Shown here piece after piece: positions 13,860-27,486 of a stretch of DNA of 64,000 nucleotides. How positions within the stretch are numbered: position 1 is the stretch's first letter; each line of letters starts with the position of its first letter. This DNA is from Vairimorpha necatrix. Lineage: Eukaryota. The notes beneath the pieces are model-generated. The model did no database searches. It worked only from the letters and a program-made list of their open reading frames with translations, and was not told the DNA's origin. A program made the position numbers and the translations under genes. Location: positions 620,001 through 684,000 of the forward strand of contig CP142733.1 in assembly GCA_036630325.1 (NCBI GenBank), in the 5' to 3' direction.

Positions 13860-14825
13860 GGATATATAAAAGAGAAATATAAACTTAAGGAAAACGTAAC
13901 TGCTAAAATATTAATAGAGGCTCAAACCGAATCTCTTTATAGCGATATAAAAATAAAAACAAACCATTCAAAGATATTTAGACCAAGAGACGATCCACTT
14001 ATTGATATAAAACAGGCTGCCATGTGGCTCACAAAAGGAAATATGAGCCCGAGGGAGGAAGGCAATTTATGTGCATTACAGGACCGAAATATTTTCTTAG
14101 AGAAACGGATAAAATGCCCACACTGCCATAATATGGAAAGAAAGTAGATCATATGGCCACTCAATGTGATCGTATGCTTTCACATGATTACTTAAGACGG
14201 CAAAATGAGGCACTGCGATGCACCCACCTACAGTTGTGTAAGACGTATTATCTATCCCATGCCAAAAGAATTAGAAATCATTCAGTCCAGGAGTGTGTAG
14301 CTAATGAGTATATTGAGATACGAGTCGACAGTAGGATACATTCAAGTATCAAAATAAAGTATTACAAGCCTGATATACTAATTGTAGACAAGTTGAGGAA
14401 AGAAGTGATCGTTGTAAAGTTAGTATCACAAGTTTTAACAACATCCATGCAGTAGAAACAGAAAAGAAACATAAATACGACTTGCTCGCAAATCATGTGC
14501 CTTCTCTCTATAAATACAAGCAGAAAATTATTTCTTATGTGATGACGTGTGATGGAATAGTAACTTATTTTCACCGTACGCATATCAAAGTGCTCAGATT
14601 AGAACCCAGAACGCCAGCATATATACAGCCAAGAGTCCTTAAAATGACTTTAGAAAGCCTTTTATGCCAGCCAGACATGGGCTTGATACAGATCAGGAAG
14701 GGGTTTTCGAGAGCCCAATGAGTGAATCTCGGAAGGAAGTCCTGGAACTGCCAGATGAGACTGTAAGCGTATCTTGTGACAAAAAATTAATAAGCTGAAT
14801 ATTATACCCAAATAAATTATATATT
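13860..14825 (+). mobile_element. 5'-truncated, frameshifted R4/Dong-like non-LTR retrotransposon (second subfamily)
   Basis: Contains CPHC...DHMATQC zinc knuckle, RQNE, KPDILIVDK, KYDLLA, YVMTCDG and AYIQ motifs of a restriction-like endonuclease, split across frames. Confidence 0.92.
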
Positions 14826-16257
14826 TATATATGGCAAAATTATTTAAGTGTCAAAAAATTCAGGGTCAAAATGATTTGAAAATTAACTCTTTAAACATAT
14901 CATATAAGGAAAAATAGTGTTAAATTCTTAACGCGTAAATTATATTTTAAAGATAAAAAATGATTAATCTACAATAAAATTTGATTTTTTTGTAGATATA
15001 AAGCTTAACAATTATCACAATATGACAAAAAACTGTTAATGTTTTTGCCAGAATGCCTTTAGATATTATTAAATTTTTTTTATAATTTTTTTTTATATGT
15101 ACCATGTTCTAGTATAAGTAGACATTGTTACAGAACTTTGTTGTATATAATTTTTTTTATAAATTGAGATAAACTTGGAAGATAATATATGAAATAATAG
15201 AATCAAAACACACGAATTTAAATGGAAAAGTGGTAGAGACTCGATTGTTTTTCTATATTGCCAAAAATTATTATTAACATAGATGTCCGTCTAACTATTC
15301 ACAAAAACTAAACACACTATCAGATACTTCGTAATACTAATTATTCATTATAGATTTATATTTTTCAAATGAAATGTATATTCTTTATTATTCATGTTTA
15401 CTATGATTACATTTTAATATATTTGACCTAGCTATTATACGATATCGTTTTTTAATTATATCCTATATTACTACGTATTAAATAATATGATGACTTCATG
15501 TACCATATATGATTGATTCGGCTTCAAAAGATTAATTTGCAGTTTATAAAAAAAAGTATGTTGAAAATAAGAATAGTTATTTACACATTATTCAATTAAC
15601 TTTTATTGTGTGCTCATTTCATTGTCTTTAAATGATTAAATAACAAATCTAAAACGTTTCTTTATTAAATTAAATGGCAGTTTTTCCTTATCATTTGCTT
15701 TTATTTCATAATTTGTTCTTGTCAAAAGGGGGTATTTTTAAACAATTTTGGCCCTGAATTGTTCGCCATCTAATATGAATTTTTCCTTTTTATTTCATGG
15801 CATGCTGTAAATGTTCTAATACTTTACAAATAGCAGGTATAAATTTCTACAAGTGTTTATGTTAAAAGTTTAAAAATGATATTAAATTGGCAATATATTT
15901 AATTTTTATAAATTCTGATAAATTTGATAATTAATCATATTAAACCTATTCTGCATATATAATTTATAGTTCAAAAGATGAATCCTGTTGCTTTAAGCAT
16001 TAGTTTATGGAACGTCGAATACGAACCAGTTAAATATTTTTTTTAAAGCATTAAAACTTAGTACAACTTAATCATTAAATGATATTTCCAAGCTACGTTG
16101 TATCATATTATCACGTTTAAAAAAACAACCCCATTTTGTAACAAATTTAATTTGACAATATTAATTTTGCATAGTCGTTATAAGTTAATTTTATGATCTT
16201 AGGAACAAATATTTAAAAGTAATAAACTTTTAAATGAATTGTTCAATATAAAAGTAA

Positions 16258-16298
16258 ATATATATATATATATATATATATGAAAAAAGTGAAACCCC
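16258..16298 (+). promoter_or_regulatory. (AT)12 tract followed by CCCC immediately before the ATG
   Basis: atatat...atgaaaaaagtgaaacccc|ATG. CCC-like motifs near start codons are an established microsporidian signal. Also seen at 19647, 22193, 28465 (minus strand), 53454 and 62048. Confidence 0.65.
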
Positions 16299-16874
16299 AT
16301 GATATTGATTCTTTTTAATCTGCAATATATTTTTTCTATTGAGGCCATGTTTATGGTACAAAGAGATGATAAATTCGTAGATGTTTACATAAGTTTAGCA
16401 GATGAAGAAAAAAACACTACCTATTCAATTTCTGAAATGGACGATGATTATAATTTTAAATCAATTAATACGTTCAATCATAAAATCCTTATAGGAAGAA
16501 AATATAAGACGCATTACTTTCTGCCTATAACATTAAAAGAGGGAATGTATATTCATAAAATGTTAAGTTCTGTTGCAAATAATAATGTCGAACTGATGAA
16601 CATTATAAATTTGTTCTACAATGGTACAGATATACTTAAAACTACTATTACAACTGAAGATAAAAAGGTATATTACTTAGAACATGGAAAATATAATTCT
16701 GTAATACCGGATGATGCTTTCATAGTAAATTCGAAATTACACTTTCACGAATCAAAAAGCTTATTTGAACTAGAATGGTTAGATATTTTTGATAAACGTG
16801 TTGATTATAAACTTCCAAAAAAATACTTTATAATCCGTTACAGGAAAGTACTAGATACTAAAGATATTGATTAA
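16299..16874 (+). CDS. Family-1 secreted protein (191 aa)
   Basis: CCCC-ATG start, N-terminus MILILFNLQYIFS, VDVYIS and ILKTT motifs. Intact duplicate at 62052-62627. Confidence 0.9.
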   Translation: MILILFNLQYIFSIEAMFMVQRDDKFVDVYISLADEEKNTTYSISEMDDDYNFKSINTFNHKILIGRKYKTHYFLPITLKEGMYIHKMLSSVANNNVELMNIINLFYNGTDILKTTITTEDKKVYYLEHGKYNSVIPDDAFIVNSKLHFHESKSLFELEWLDIFDKRVDYKLPKKYFIIRYRKVLDTKDID

Positions 16875-19650
16875 CTTGTACATCTATGATATAAAATCCT
16901 CTGTAAAATTTTTTTCATTATCACAATTGTAATGATAGTTTATAAAATAGTTTTCAGACATAGGTGAAGCACCGAAAGTAAAGAAAAAAGTACGATAGGA
17001 ATTTGGTTTAATTTACGTCAAATATTAGAAAAACTAAATACATTAATTGTCAATAGTTACAAGCTAAAATTAATAAAAAATTTTAATTTTTTTTCAAGAT
17101 GATTTTTTTTTTAATTTTCATTATCGCTAAAACTGATGAAAAGTATAAAATTTCAAATTTGTATATCAAGTTTATAAAATTAACTGATTATTTAATCCAC
17201 GTAATTGATAGTTTAGAGAATGAAGAAAATAACTATAAAAATAAACTAAGACGAAACTAACATTTTGTATCAAGAAAAAAAAATTTTGCAATTGTTTTGA
17301 TATATTTTCGGGTTGAGATGAAATTTTTATTTCATCAAAAAAAAAATAATTTGAAAAAATATGAAAGCTTGTAATATTTTTTATACGAAAAAAAATTCTA
17401 CTCTTTTTTGATTGCATATAACATTTTATTTAAAATCATTTTTAAGAAATTTTTTGTTGGAGATTGTGTGGATTTTTAACAATATTAGTAACAAATCTTT
17501 TTTGTGTTAAATAGCAAATATAAAGCTTTTTGTCTCGTAATCGAATAAAAAGTTGTTATTAAAATTTTTAATTATATGGTACAAAACCAAAGGTGGAAAA
17601 GAATAATTACTTTTTTTTTTGAATTAAATTCTACGTTATTAGTTTTCTATCTAAAGAACAAAATTAAGATGTTAGTTTTTTAGCAAACAAAAACTGTTGA
17701 GCATAAAGTATCAAAAAAGCGGGAACGGTTCGATTTTGAAAAATTAACTGTAATACACCAACAGCAAGATGTTTCAGTTTGTGAGTAACTATATTTTTCC
17801 CCAAACTCGTAGTTTTATGTCGATAATGGATACCCTTTTATAAAAATTATGATTTATAGATTAAATGTGGTAAAAAAAAATCACTTGAATTTATAGAATT
17901 ATATCAGAAAAACTTTTGTTCATGGTATGGGTGTTTTTTAAGTAAATTGAAACAACATTATTCTATGGACGACAACGTTGCAGCTATTTGTAGATATGTT
18001 TGCCATGTAGTCATATTTAGAAATTTGCATTTAAATAGAACAAAGCATTGACGATGTAGTTTTAGTCTATCAGATTCCTTAAATCTTTTCATTTAACGCT
18101 ATTACTTATTTAAAATCTATTTTAAGATTAAATAATTTCTGTTTTTTAAAATTCTATCTAGTTTTTAGCATTTAAAATATATTTTTCTGGAGGCTTGTAA
18201 ATGGCAAATTAAAATTCAACTTTTTATAAAATCTATAGAAAAATAGTGGTAAAGCACGAATATGAATTTTATTATTTGCAATAGCTTTAATCAATATGAG
18301 TAAAGTATTAAACATTTATAAATGATTCTTTCTCGAAATACGATGTTTTTTTTATTGGCATAAGAGCTAATTACAAATATTGGAGTATTTATCTAAAATA
18401 GAAGAGTTTATTTAAAAAAATCAAACATTTTTTACATAACATTAACTTCTTTAACAAACTTCTCAGAACAGCCAAATTATAGTAAATGTTAATGTTTTAA
18501 TACAGTTAATAGACTAAGAAAAAAAATAGAACATTGTTAGGTGCACCCTATTGTTTTCTATGTATATACAAGATATGCGATAAATAAAAAAGTAAGTTCT
18601 CATGAAACCACTCATATTGGGTCAAAAAAAAACATATCGCAGTAATACTAAACACAAATGATAACACATCGACTTCTTCACAGAATTGAATATGAGGAAG
18701 ACTAATACAAAATAGGCCAGTTCAATAAACTTCTAGACGTTGTGATGCTCCTGATTAATTAGATATTAAATAATATATGCTTAATGTTTCTGTACGCGAT
18801 AATGGTTATAGTATGCACGATGTCTTTCTAACTTTAATTGAGTGAAAAGCCTTAGCAACATTATATCGAAATTCGATATTTTGCATCGATAAAAAGGTGT
18901 TTTACGTTTTATTAATAGGGAAATGATTACTATTTTGAGTTCTTTAGATATCTATATTATGCTGCTTCGACTTTCAAGCAAGAAACAAAAATAGGATTGA
19001 TAAAAATTATAGTACTTTTAATACGTATTTGTTTCTCGTACTGATTATAGGTTTTTTTACTTTTATATTAGGATTAGAACAAATTAATAATTTTAAGTTT
19101 AGATCAATAATGTAAATTTTAACCCCAGTAAATTATTCTATAACATGATGTTGAATATGATTCAAATTATATTTACAAAATAAATAAATGCTTACCTGAT
19201 ATAGAAAATTATTAGAAATTCGCGATACTAAGAACTTTAATTTTTAGACTATTTTATAAAAATCGTCTCAGTTTTGTAAATGGGTTTGACATTATACTGT
19301 GGAATTTATGTGTTTTTCTTGATATAATTTTGATCTTATTTAAGTAAATTTTATTTTTATCTTAAAATGTCAAATACTTATATTAAAAATTATGATTTTA
19401 AGTCATATCGAAATGCTTTTTATTCAGATATATCTAAAATATTTAATTAGTAAATTCGTAGATAAAAATTAAATTTGTTTTGACGTTTTTAATTTATCAA
19501 GTTTTGAGAAATATGCCAAACGGTATATAAATACATAATTTTTTATAATCGTATTTTAACTTTTATATATTATGGATCTATGGAAATATCATTATTTTTA
19601 ATTTAATTCTTATTTTATACTATTTATAAATCCAAAAAACGACGAACCCC

Positions 19651-20288
19651 ATGATTTTATTTTCTTTTCATCTATTAGAATTCCTATGTACTGACATACT
19701 TTTTATTATTCGAAAAGATTCAAATTCCGAAATTTACATTGGTACAGATAAAGAAATAAATGTCGAGCAAATATCATCTTAATATATTTTTGAAATAACT
19801 GAATCAAATAAGTTTGAATTAGAGAAATCAGAAAGAAAAAATAAACATTTAATTCAACCCCCTAAATCTTGCAATTTTTTACCACTGAGGTATAAGGATA
19901 AAAAGCATTTGATAAAAAATTATTAAGGATTGATTATCAAAGCGATGAAGAACTTTCTCTTGCTTTCAAACTTGTGAATGCTAAAGTTGTATTAAAAACT
20001 ATATTTCCATACGATTTAAAAGAACAATTTTATATAACAGCAAAGAAAATATCACTTGAAAATACTCTTGAATATTGTTTGTCAAGTAGAGGCCTTAAGT
20101 TAAATCCAAACAAAGATATATACGAATTAAGACTATGTATAACCAATAAGGTTGATAGACAATTTATAATTATTCTCCCCCAGGTCTACAAGAAATACTT
20201 GGCAACTCAATCATATATAATGAGAAGAAATGAAGAAATTCACGAACAAGAAATAATTGCGTACCAAATGGAGTATTTTTCGATGTAA
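19651..20288 (+). pseudogene. Family-1 pseudogene, close paralogue of 22197-22832
   Basis: CCCC-ATG at 19651 (MILFSFHLLEFLCTDILFIIRKDSNSEIYIG). In-frame TAA at ~19780 and further lesions follow. The 3' part (ORF 19974-20288) aligns with the 22197 protein (LEY..SR.LKL...IYE). Confidence 0.88.
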
Positions 20289-22196
20289 GAAACAATATAA
20301 CGTGGGTTTATAGAAATTTAGGTTTTTTATTAAAGTTTTTTGAGTATTATTTGCTTTATATAAATATCCTTCTTGTTTTTATAAAAAACCATTGGGAGAT
20401 TTATTTTTTAAATTTTTTTTTTCTGTGAATTTAATAGAAACTTATTAAAAAATGTTTTTACGTAACAACTCAATCCGCAATTTAAGCTTATAAGAAAATA
20501 ATTCACTTTAAAATTAAAACAGAATTCAAAAATTATCTTAATATTACATTTTAGCTTGTTTGTTTCTTAGAATCTATTTTAATCTGTACATAAATTTTCT
20601 AAATATCGTATTATTTTGTCTTAAACAATAATTTTCAATAGTTTTGTTTATTAGCATATATCGTCATTATTTTATGATATTCTTTATAAAATTTTCTGTT
20701 TTATACTTGAGTTAAAGACAGTTAGATGGAAATTTCTGCTTATTTTTTTTCAAATTATGAAAGAAAAATTATAGAACGAGAAGTAATATACACTGTGGCA
20801 CGAGCTGACTTCTGGTCGACGACATGTCATCCAAACTTGTATAAATATATTAATTTAAAGATTTTTTGTTATTTTTTTCATCTTCAATTTCGAGCTTAAA
20901 AATGCCTTTTTTTATAGTTATATTTTTCCGCTCGATCACATGTATCATCTTGTAGAGGGATGTTTATATAATTATTGATAAAACCATATTTGGAATGTTG
21001 GATATTGCTAAAGTCTCTTGATTTTATCCATTGTTAGTTTACGATAAATCATGTATAAAAATAACATCTTAGTCATTTGACAATTATGACTAAAGTATTA
21101 GCATTTTACAGCTCCTCTGCAACTCTAGAGTTCCTCAAGAATGTCATGTGTCATATATCGGTGTAAAATATATAAAAAATGTTATATAAGTTACTTTTTC
21201 GAATACATATCACCTCATGCTTTAACATGGTTATTTTTATAATTTCTTACGATTATTAATTTCCGTTCTTTAAATTTAGTTTAGCGGTAAAAAATGAGTT
21301 AGTGAAATATTATAGAACAAAAATAGTGAGGATGCGTAATTTAACAAATTTATGTAATTGCAAACATTTGAAACACATTTTATACCATTTCAAATTATAA
21401 ATATATAAAAATATATAAAATCTTACACATCGTTCTGAATATATAGTATGTTAATCCTATAATTAGTGTAGTAGATTTATATATGGTACTTAAGTTTTCT
21501 TTCGGAGTATTTATGTACTTGCATAATATTTATTATTATCTTATGAGCAATTTTATCGGGTTTAATTATATGGCAAAAATCGTATACATTTGTTCATAAT
21601 CATAAATGTTCTCATTTTGTTTAATAAAAACTATTTTTGTGGAATAGACTAAACGAAGAAGCATAATTTCAATTGCTTTTGTTATTTAAGTTGATACGTT
21701 TTTTATGTATTTTTGTTTGTAAAATGTCAAAAAATTTAATTAAACTACAAAGATACGATTTTCCGTAAGTTTCTCATGAAATATTATAAGACGATAAAAA
21801 AAAATAACTTTTTCATGTTTGTCGTTTTGCAAAATCACTAGATTGTAATTTATATATTAAAATTCTCAAGATAATTTGACTTCTTATTCGCAAAAGGACT
21901 TTAAAGAAGTTAATAACTATATTCGATTATTTTTGACATTAAAAACTTTTTTTATTGAATAAATTAACTGACCTTTGTTATATATTTTTAATTCATATTA
22001 AATAAAAATCAAGTGTAAAAAAATATTGACGTTTTTTAATTTATCAATCTGAAGAAATTTGGCAAACTATATATAAACTTATAATTTATATTTTTTATTA
22101 TATATATGAAAAAAATTAAAATTTTTACATAAGAAAACAAATTTTAATTTAATATTTAATTTATTCTTTTATAAATGCAAAATCCTTTAGTGCCCC

Positions 22197-22832
22197 ATGA
22201 TGTTATTTTGTTTTCCATTTTTACATAGTCTTTGCACTGGCATTATGTTTATTGATAGAAAAGATGTTGATTTTGAAATTTACATAGGTTTTAACAATGA
22301 AATTAACGGAGACAACTATTCACCATATCATATTTTTGAAATTTCGAATTCCTATGAATTTCATAAAGCTAAACTTATTAGAAATAACAATTACAAATTA
22401 ATTGTAAAAGATACTCAGCATCTTCTCACTCCGTTAATGCACGACGATAGACAAATATTTGAAAAGGATTTGAAAAAAAATTACAGTGAAAGTAAGGAAA
22501 GTGTTTTGAAACTTGTTGAATTACTTTGCGATAGTCAAGTTATATTAAGAGCGAAATTTCCATTTGATATAAATGAAAGATTTTACATAACATTAAATAA
22601 AATCTCTCCTGATTATAACCTTGAATATTGGATAACTAGTAGAAGCCTCAAGTTAAGTCAACATCGAAATATATACGAATTTAAATTGCGAACTATTTCA
22701 AGCTTTGATAAAAACTTTTCTGTATGCATTCCTAGGGCATACAGTGAACACATAAATCGTCAATTAGAAGAGTTGGAATTAAACGCTAACTTTGTTCTAT
22801 CAGAACTTGATGAAACATTCTATATGGAATAG
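22197..22832 (+). CDS. Family-1 secreted protein (211 aa)
   Basis: CCCC-ATG start, signal-peptide-like N-terminus ending LCTG, FEIYIG and VILRAKF motifs. Intact ORF. Confidence 0.9.
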   Translation: MMLFCFPFLHSLCTGIMFIDRKDVDFEIYIGFNNEINGDNYSPYHIFEISNSYEFHKAKLIRNNNYKLIVKDTQHLLTPLMHDDRQIFEKDLKKNYSESKESVLKLVELLCDSQVILRAKFPFDINERFYITLNKISPDYNLEYWITSRSLKLSQHRNIYEFKLRTISSFDKNFSVCIPRAYSEHINRQLEELELNANFVLSELDETFYME

Positions 22833-23247
22833 TAAAAAATTATTAAATTTTATCATTTTAATATAATTTAGTTGTAAAAAAATTTACTTTCTCAATAATA
22901 TTTACAATTTATATAATATTTTGTCGTAGATTCTTTTATCCGTCTATTAAATCAATTTGAAATTTTAATCACACAATAGCATTGTTAATCTTTAAAACAA
23001 AAATACATACCAGGTAAATATGTCAAACACATAAAATAATATTTTAAATATAAATTCAAAATATTTTTTTTATCTATTCTAATTTTGACATTTAACGATT
23101 ATTATATTTCCAATTTTGATATTTCTACAAAAAATTATTTATTTTTTGTTCAAACCGATTTTTTATAATAAAAATTTAATATTATTTTACCCATCAATAT
23201 CTAATATAATTTTTTTAATTTAAATATATTATGGGGTTCTTAGTGCC

Positions 23248-24415
23248 CTTATTGTACCTTCATTCTTGTTTATATATGTTACAATATGTACTGACCCTTT
23301 GTTTTTAGTTCCAAAAGACGATGAAAATGTTGATCTATACATTTCATTGAATGATGTACTTACCCAAGAAATGTATTCAACATTTCTAATAACTGAACTA
23401 CTCGATGAAGACATTGTAGATGGAGTTGTAAGTACCTACGATAAAAGATCAGAAAATGGAAGAAAGACTAAGCCTTATTTTTTTAAACCGATAAGTTCAG
23501 AAGAAAAACAAAGTGTAAAGAAAACTTTATCAGATTATAGGGTTATGCATTATAAAGAAACCAATCTTGTCGATTTAGTTTATAGCGGCAATGTTATATT
23601 AAAAAAGACATTTGTACTTGATGCAAAAAAGGCATATTGATTTGATTTTTTGAATATTACTAAAAGTCCATTTTGTTTTTTTATTAAACAAGTAAAAAAA
23701 AAGATTTGACGGATAACATAGGCTATATGAAATCATTTGGTTAGGTTTTTATAGTCCGCCGACAATAGAAAAAATTTTAGTGTCCCCTCTTTACATAGAG
23801 ATAATTTATTTATACTAAATAAATTTATTAATTTAAAAGATGATTTAGAAATAATAAGTATTGTTCTACAGTTAATAATAGTTATTGAGCAAAAGAAAAA
23901 AATTTTGATGACTATGAATGTAAGTTGTCGATTACGAATTACAACGAAATAAATTGTCTCATTTCTACAGACAATTTTACAGAAATAAAAAATTTTGTTA
24001 GAGAAACAGCGCGAGAAATAGTGACTTAAAACATTGTAATGGAATTACCTATACTGAAAAAAATATTTATACCTGATGATATATTAACAGATAAAGATAT
24101 AAAATTGTATGAGCGAAACGATAGTTCTTTTTAACTCAAATTATAAAGAGCTTGTAAATGTTGTAATGCCAGATATGGCTTTTTCTCCTTAACGAGTTGA
24201 AAATGTAAACTTTAGTGGAGAGAAAAATTTTACAAATGAATACAAGAAAGATATAAAAGATTAAGAAAAGAATAATGTTAAAAATGAAGACGAAAAAAAC
24301 AAACTAGAAAAGGAAAAGAGTCGTGCTAAACAAATTTTACTTGGGGTTTTCTTTTTTAAAGTTGTATTAATCGTATATTATACAGTTCTAAGATCTAATA
24401 AAAAGATATTTTAAA
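23248..24415 (+). pseudogene. Family-1 long-form pseudogene (domain, charged stalk, TM remnant)
   Basis: The tagtgccc start context has no ATG. VDLYIS, TYDKRSENGRKTKPY and ILKKT motifs are present. In-frame TGA at 23638 is followed by homologous sequence, a K/E-rich stretch and a hydrophobic tail at ~24330-24390. Confidence 0.75.
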
Positions 24416-25139
24416 GACTTTAAATTGTAAAGGTTTTCATAATTGATATTTTGCTTTTATACTAGCCCAAACTCACATTTAGGAAGAACTTAGTCTGGGT
24501 ACTTTTTTTTATTTTTTGCTTTAAAAAACATCTATGTGCTTTATTTAACGATAGGGCCGTGTTATAAAAGTCAAATGAAGATTTATTCTTCACAAATATA
24601 TTCAATATTTCAATAGATTGCTGAATAAAGACTTGTGTCATTCCTTTATACATAATTCGTTATAAGCATTATGGTGAAAAACCATAAATTAAAATTGTCC
24701 TTTCTAGATAAATTCTTTGATAATTTGCTAAAAAAAAGCTGGATAATAAGTATAAAACTTAAAGCAAGGCTTAAACCATAGCTATTTTTTGTACAAATAC
24801 AAACATTGTTTTTTTAAAGAATACAAAAAAGTATTTATATAGATATTTATATAGCCTAATATTTGTTTTTAATTTGTTAAAACAATATAAATTTTAATAT
24901 TATTTTATTTTATGTGATAAATAAATTATTCATTTGACTTTGTTTTTTTTATAAACTTAATATCTAATTATCAAATGATTTCGTGATAATTTAAAAATAT
25001 TCTGCTTCTAATCTGAAAAATAGTCGTATATAAATAAATAAAACGACTAAAATATTCAATGTATTTGTAAAATATGCGATAAAATTTTTTAATAATTTCG
25101 GTCTATTTCTTATTATATCTAATTTAGTTAAAACACAAA

Positions 25140-25640
25140 TTATTATCTTTTTATTTAGGTTTTTGATCTGAAATTACTCTCTAACTCTATTCTTGGTGGC
25201 TAAATATACTAACTGTTTAGATATATACTTAATCTTTTTAGGTAATATTTTCAGACTATATATTTTATCACTGTATTGATTGAAAAAATGATGATTATTA
25301 AATAATAAACACGCCATAAGAAAGATAAAAAGAAGATTATCCATACATTACTCATGGTACAAAACAAAAAACGTAATATATTAGGAAATACTTATGTATT
25401 TATTATGACATTCAACTCTTATGGTGAAGAACAAATGTATCCGAGAAATTATTTTGTTTATACAACAAAATAATAAATCAAGAGTATCAATTGATCCCAA
25501 AAAATCATATTTTATTGATCTTCTGAATACAACTAGGTCTTTGTTTGTTTAAAATTTTTAAAAAGCATATAATTTCTATTTGAAAATGATTTAAAATTTT
25601 ATGATATAATGGCTTGAACATAAAAAACTTTGATTTGCGT
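25140..25640 (+). pseudogene. Heavily decayed family-1 pseudogene
   Basis: Remnants CLDIYL and IDPKKSYFIDLLNTTRS parallel LDAKKAY*FDFLNITKS of the 23248 copy. Many frameshifts; boundaries are approximate. Confidence 0.55.
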
Positions 25641-27189
25641 TATAGAACTTTAAAGCAAAGAATAAATCAAATATTTCAGTAAGTTTACATTTAAGATTTG
25701 AATTATAATGACTCAGATATTATACCAAGTCACGAAAATTACAGAATATGTATGAAATAAAATTTTGTTCGTTGGTCTATAGAAATAGTAAGGTGTTGTA
25801 TACCAAGAATTGTTACAGATATTGTGAAAAATTGAGAACATAACCATAAAACCTGATTATGCAGATAAATTTACATCGAGCTTTAATATTAAAATTTTTT
25901 AAAAAAATCGTTTTTAATTTCTTTATGTAGATTTTCTAATAATATTAGTTTTTTTATTACATAATTTAAATCTGTTTAAAATAATACCGCAAATTTATTT
26001 TTCGTTAGTTTTATTAGTATTTTTTATATTTTAGATGAACTGTATGTTTGATCAAATTTTTCCCTAAGAAATATTATTTTTTATCGAAATGCTTAAAAAA
26101 TAAAAATCGAAAATAACTGGATGAAAAAGGGACAATATTTACATCAACTTTCAATATTAAAAACAAAATAATACTTGTTACTCAATTAACTTTTAATTCC
26201 CATTTACGCATCATTAAATACATTAACTCTATATTAATTTTTATAAGAAATTAAATACTGATAAAACTTAAAGTTTAAGACGTATTTGTATCATAAAATT
26301 TTTGTATAAAATAAAGTAATATTTTATAATGAATCAATTATTTACATTATAAAAAAATTTAAAAGCATTTTGAATTATTATTATTACAGATAACGCTGAC
26401 AATAGAAATTATTAATATTAAAATGAAAAGTAATTACTGTTAATATATACTTTCTCATTTAAAGAAGTTTTTTTACACACATATATACTAAAGAAAGAAT
26501 CAAATATTTGAGGAAAGGTGCTGATATTATAAAAGATACAAAACACTAGAAGCCAAATTATCTAGCTTATTTGTAAAGATTTCAATGTAAAGTATTATAT
26601 AAGTTACTACAACATTATTCGCTATATATAATTAAAATGTTATCATGTTTTTTTGTTTTGATGGGGCGTTACTACTATGACATAGAAAAATTTAAATATG
26701 CCTGTGCAATGCTTATGTAAAATTATTTAATATAAATTCAAAATTAAAACAAATGTAAATAAAAAATTGCATGCGTAATTATATCCAATTGGTAGTGATA
26801 TGTTTATAATTTAGAAAACCAAATTTTATGATAATAATGTTTTAACATGAACTTGTTATCTAAAAACTATCGAAATAAAAGATTAAAAATTGTATTAGAA
26901 CAAAAAATATAAACCATCTGTAATGCTATACATGAAAATTCTTTTAAGGACGAATTGAGTAAGAAATTTTCATTATATATCATTAATTTTGATCTTTTAT
27001 ATTTTGGTTGCAGAATGATAGATTAATATGCATATATACATGCAATTGGTAACCCAGATGGTTTCTCTAAATAAATTTTAATTAAAACAGTTTTAATTTG
27101 ATGCGTTGAGACTAATTTTGAGTAATTACATAGAGTACAAACAATAAAGCTCAAAATAGAAGCACATTACAAAAAATACCTTAATGGCG

Positions 27190-27486
27190 TAGTCCAGAGG
27201 AGCTACCTCTGGATAAATATAGTTCGATGTAATTAATGATTTTATTGTTATTGAATAAGCCTCGTTGGGCATCTGTTACGGGATACTGATCCCTGGCTTG
27301 GTAGCCCTTCCTTGGTCTATGTTCCCAAGGGTAATGTTCGTTTTTGTTTCATGATCCGGTGGGGGTCAGGGCAAAAAAGAAATAAATATTCGATTTTTGG
27401 AATAGACCGGTCGAATGGTCTATTTTCCAAAAAGGGAAAATTGATAAAATAAAAATAAATATTTTGTGGTATTTATAATACCACAC
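27190..27486. other. GC-rich multi-hairpin island of unknown identity
   Basis: Stems at 27193-27200/27206-27213, 27286-27293/27362-27369 (enclosing 27310-27315/27325-27330), 27394-27408/27417-27433 and 27465-27473/27477-27485. Confidence 0.5.

Larger units (their letters stand above)
1..18255 (+). repeat. Segmental duplication, copy A (homologous to 31308-64000)
   Basis: Position 1 (tcaaatttcgccaaaat) matches 31308. Collinear similarity continues through the gene pairs 2958/34262, 11100/45745 and 16299/62052. The window end (aaatagtggttaagc) matches 18241-18255. Confidence 0.97.

Noticed and set aside
27250-27275. Minus-strand caacgaggcttat resembling RNase MRP/P CR-V
   Set aside because: No complementary CR-I (P4) strand was found upstream.
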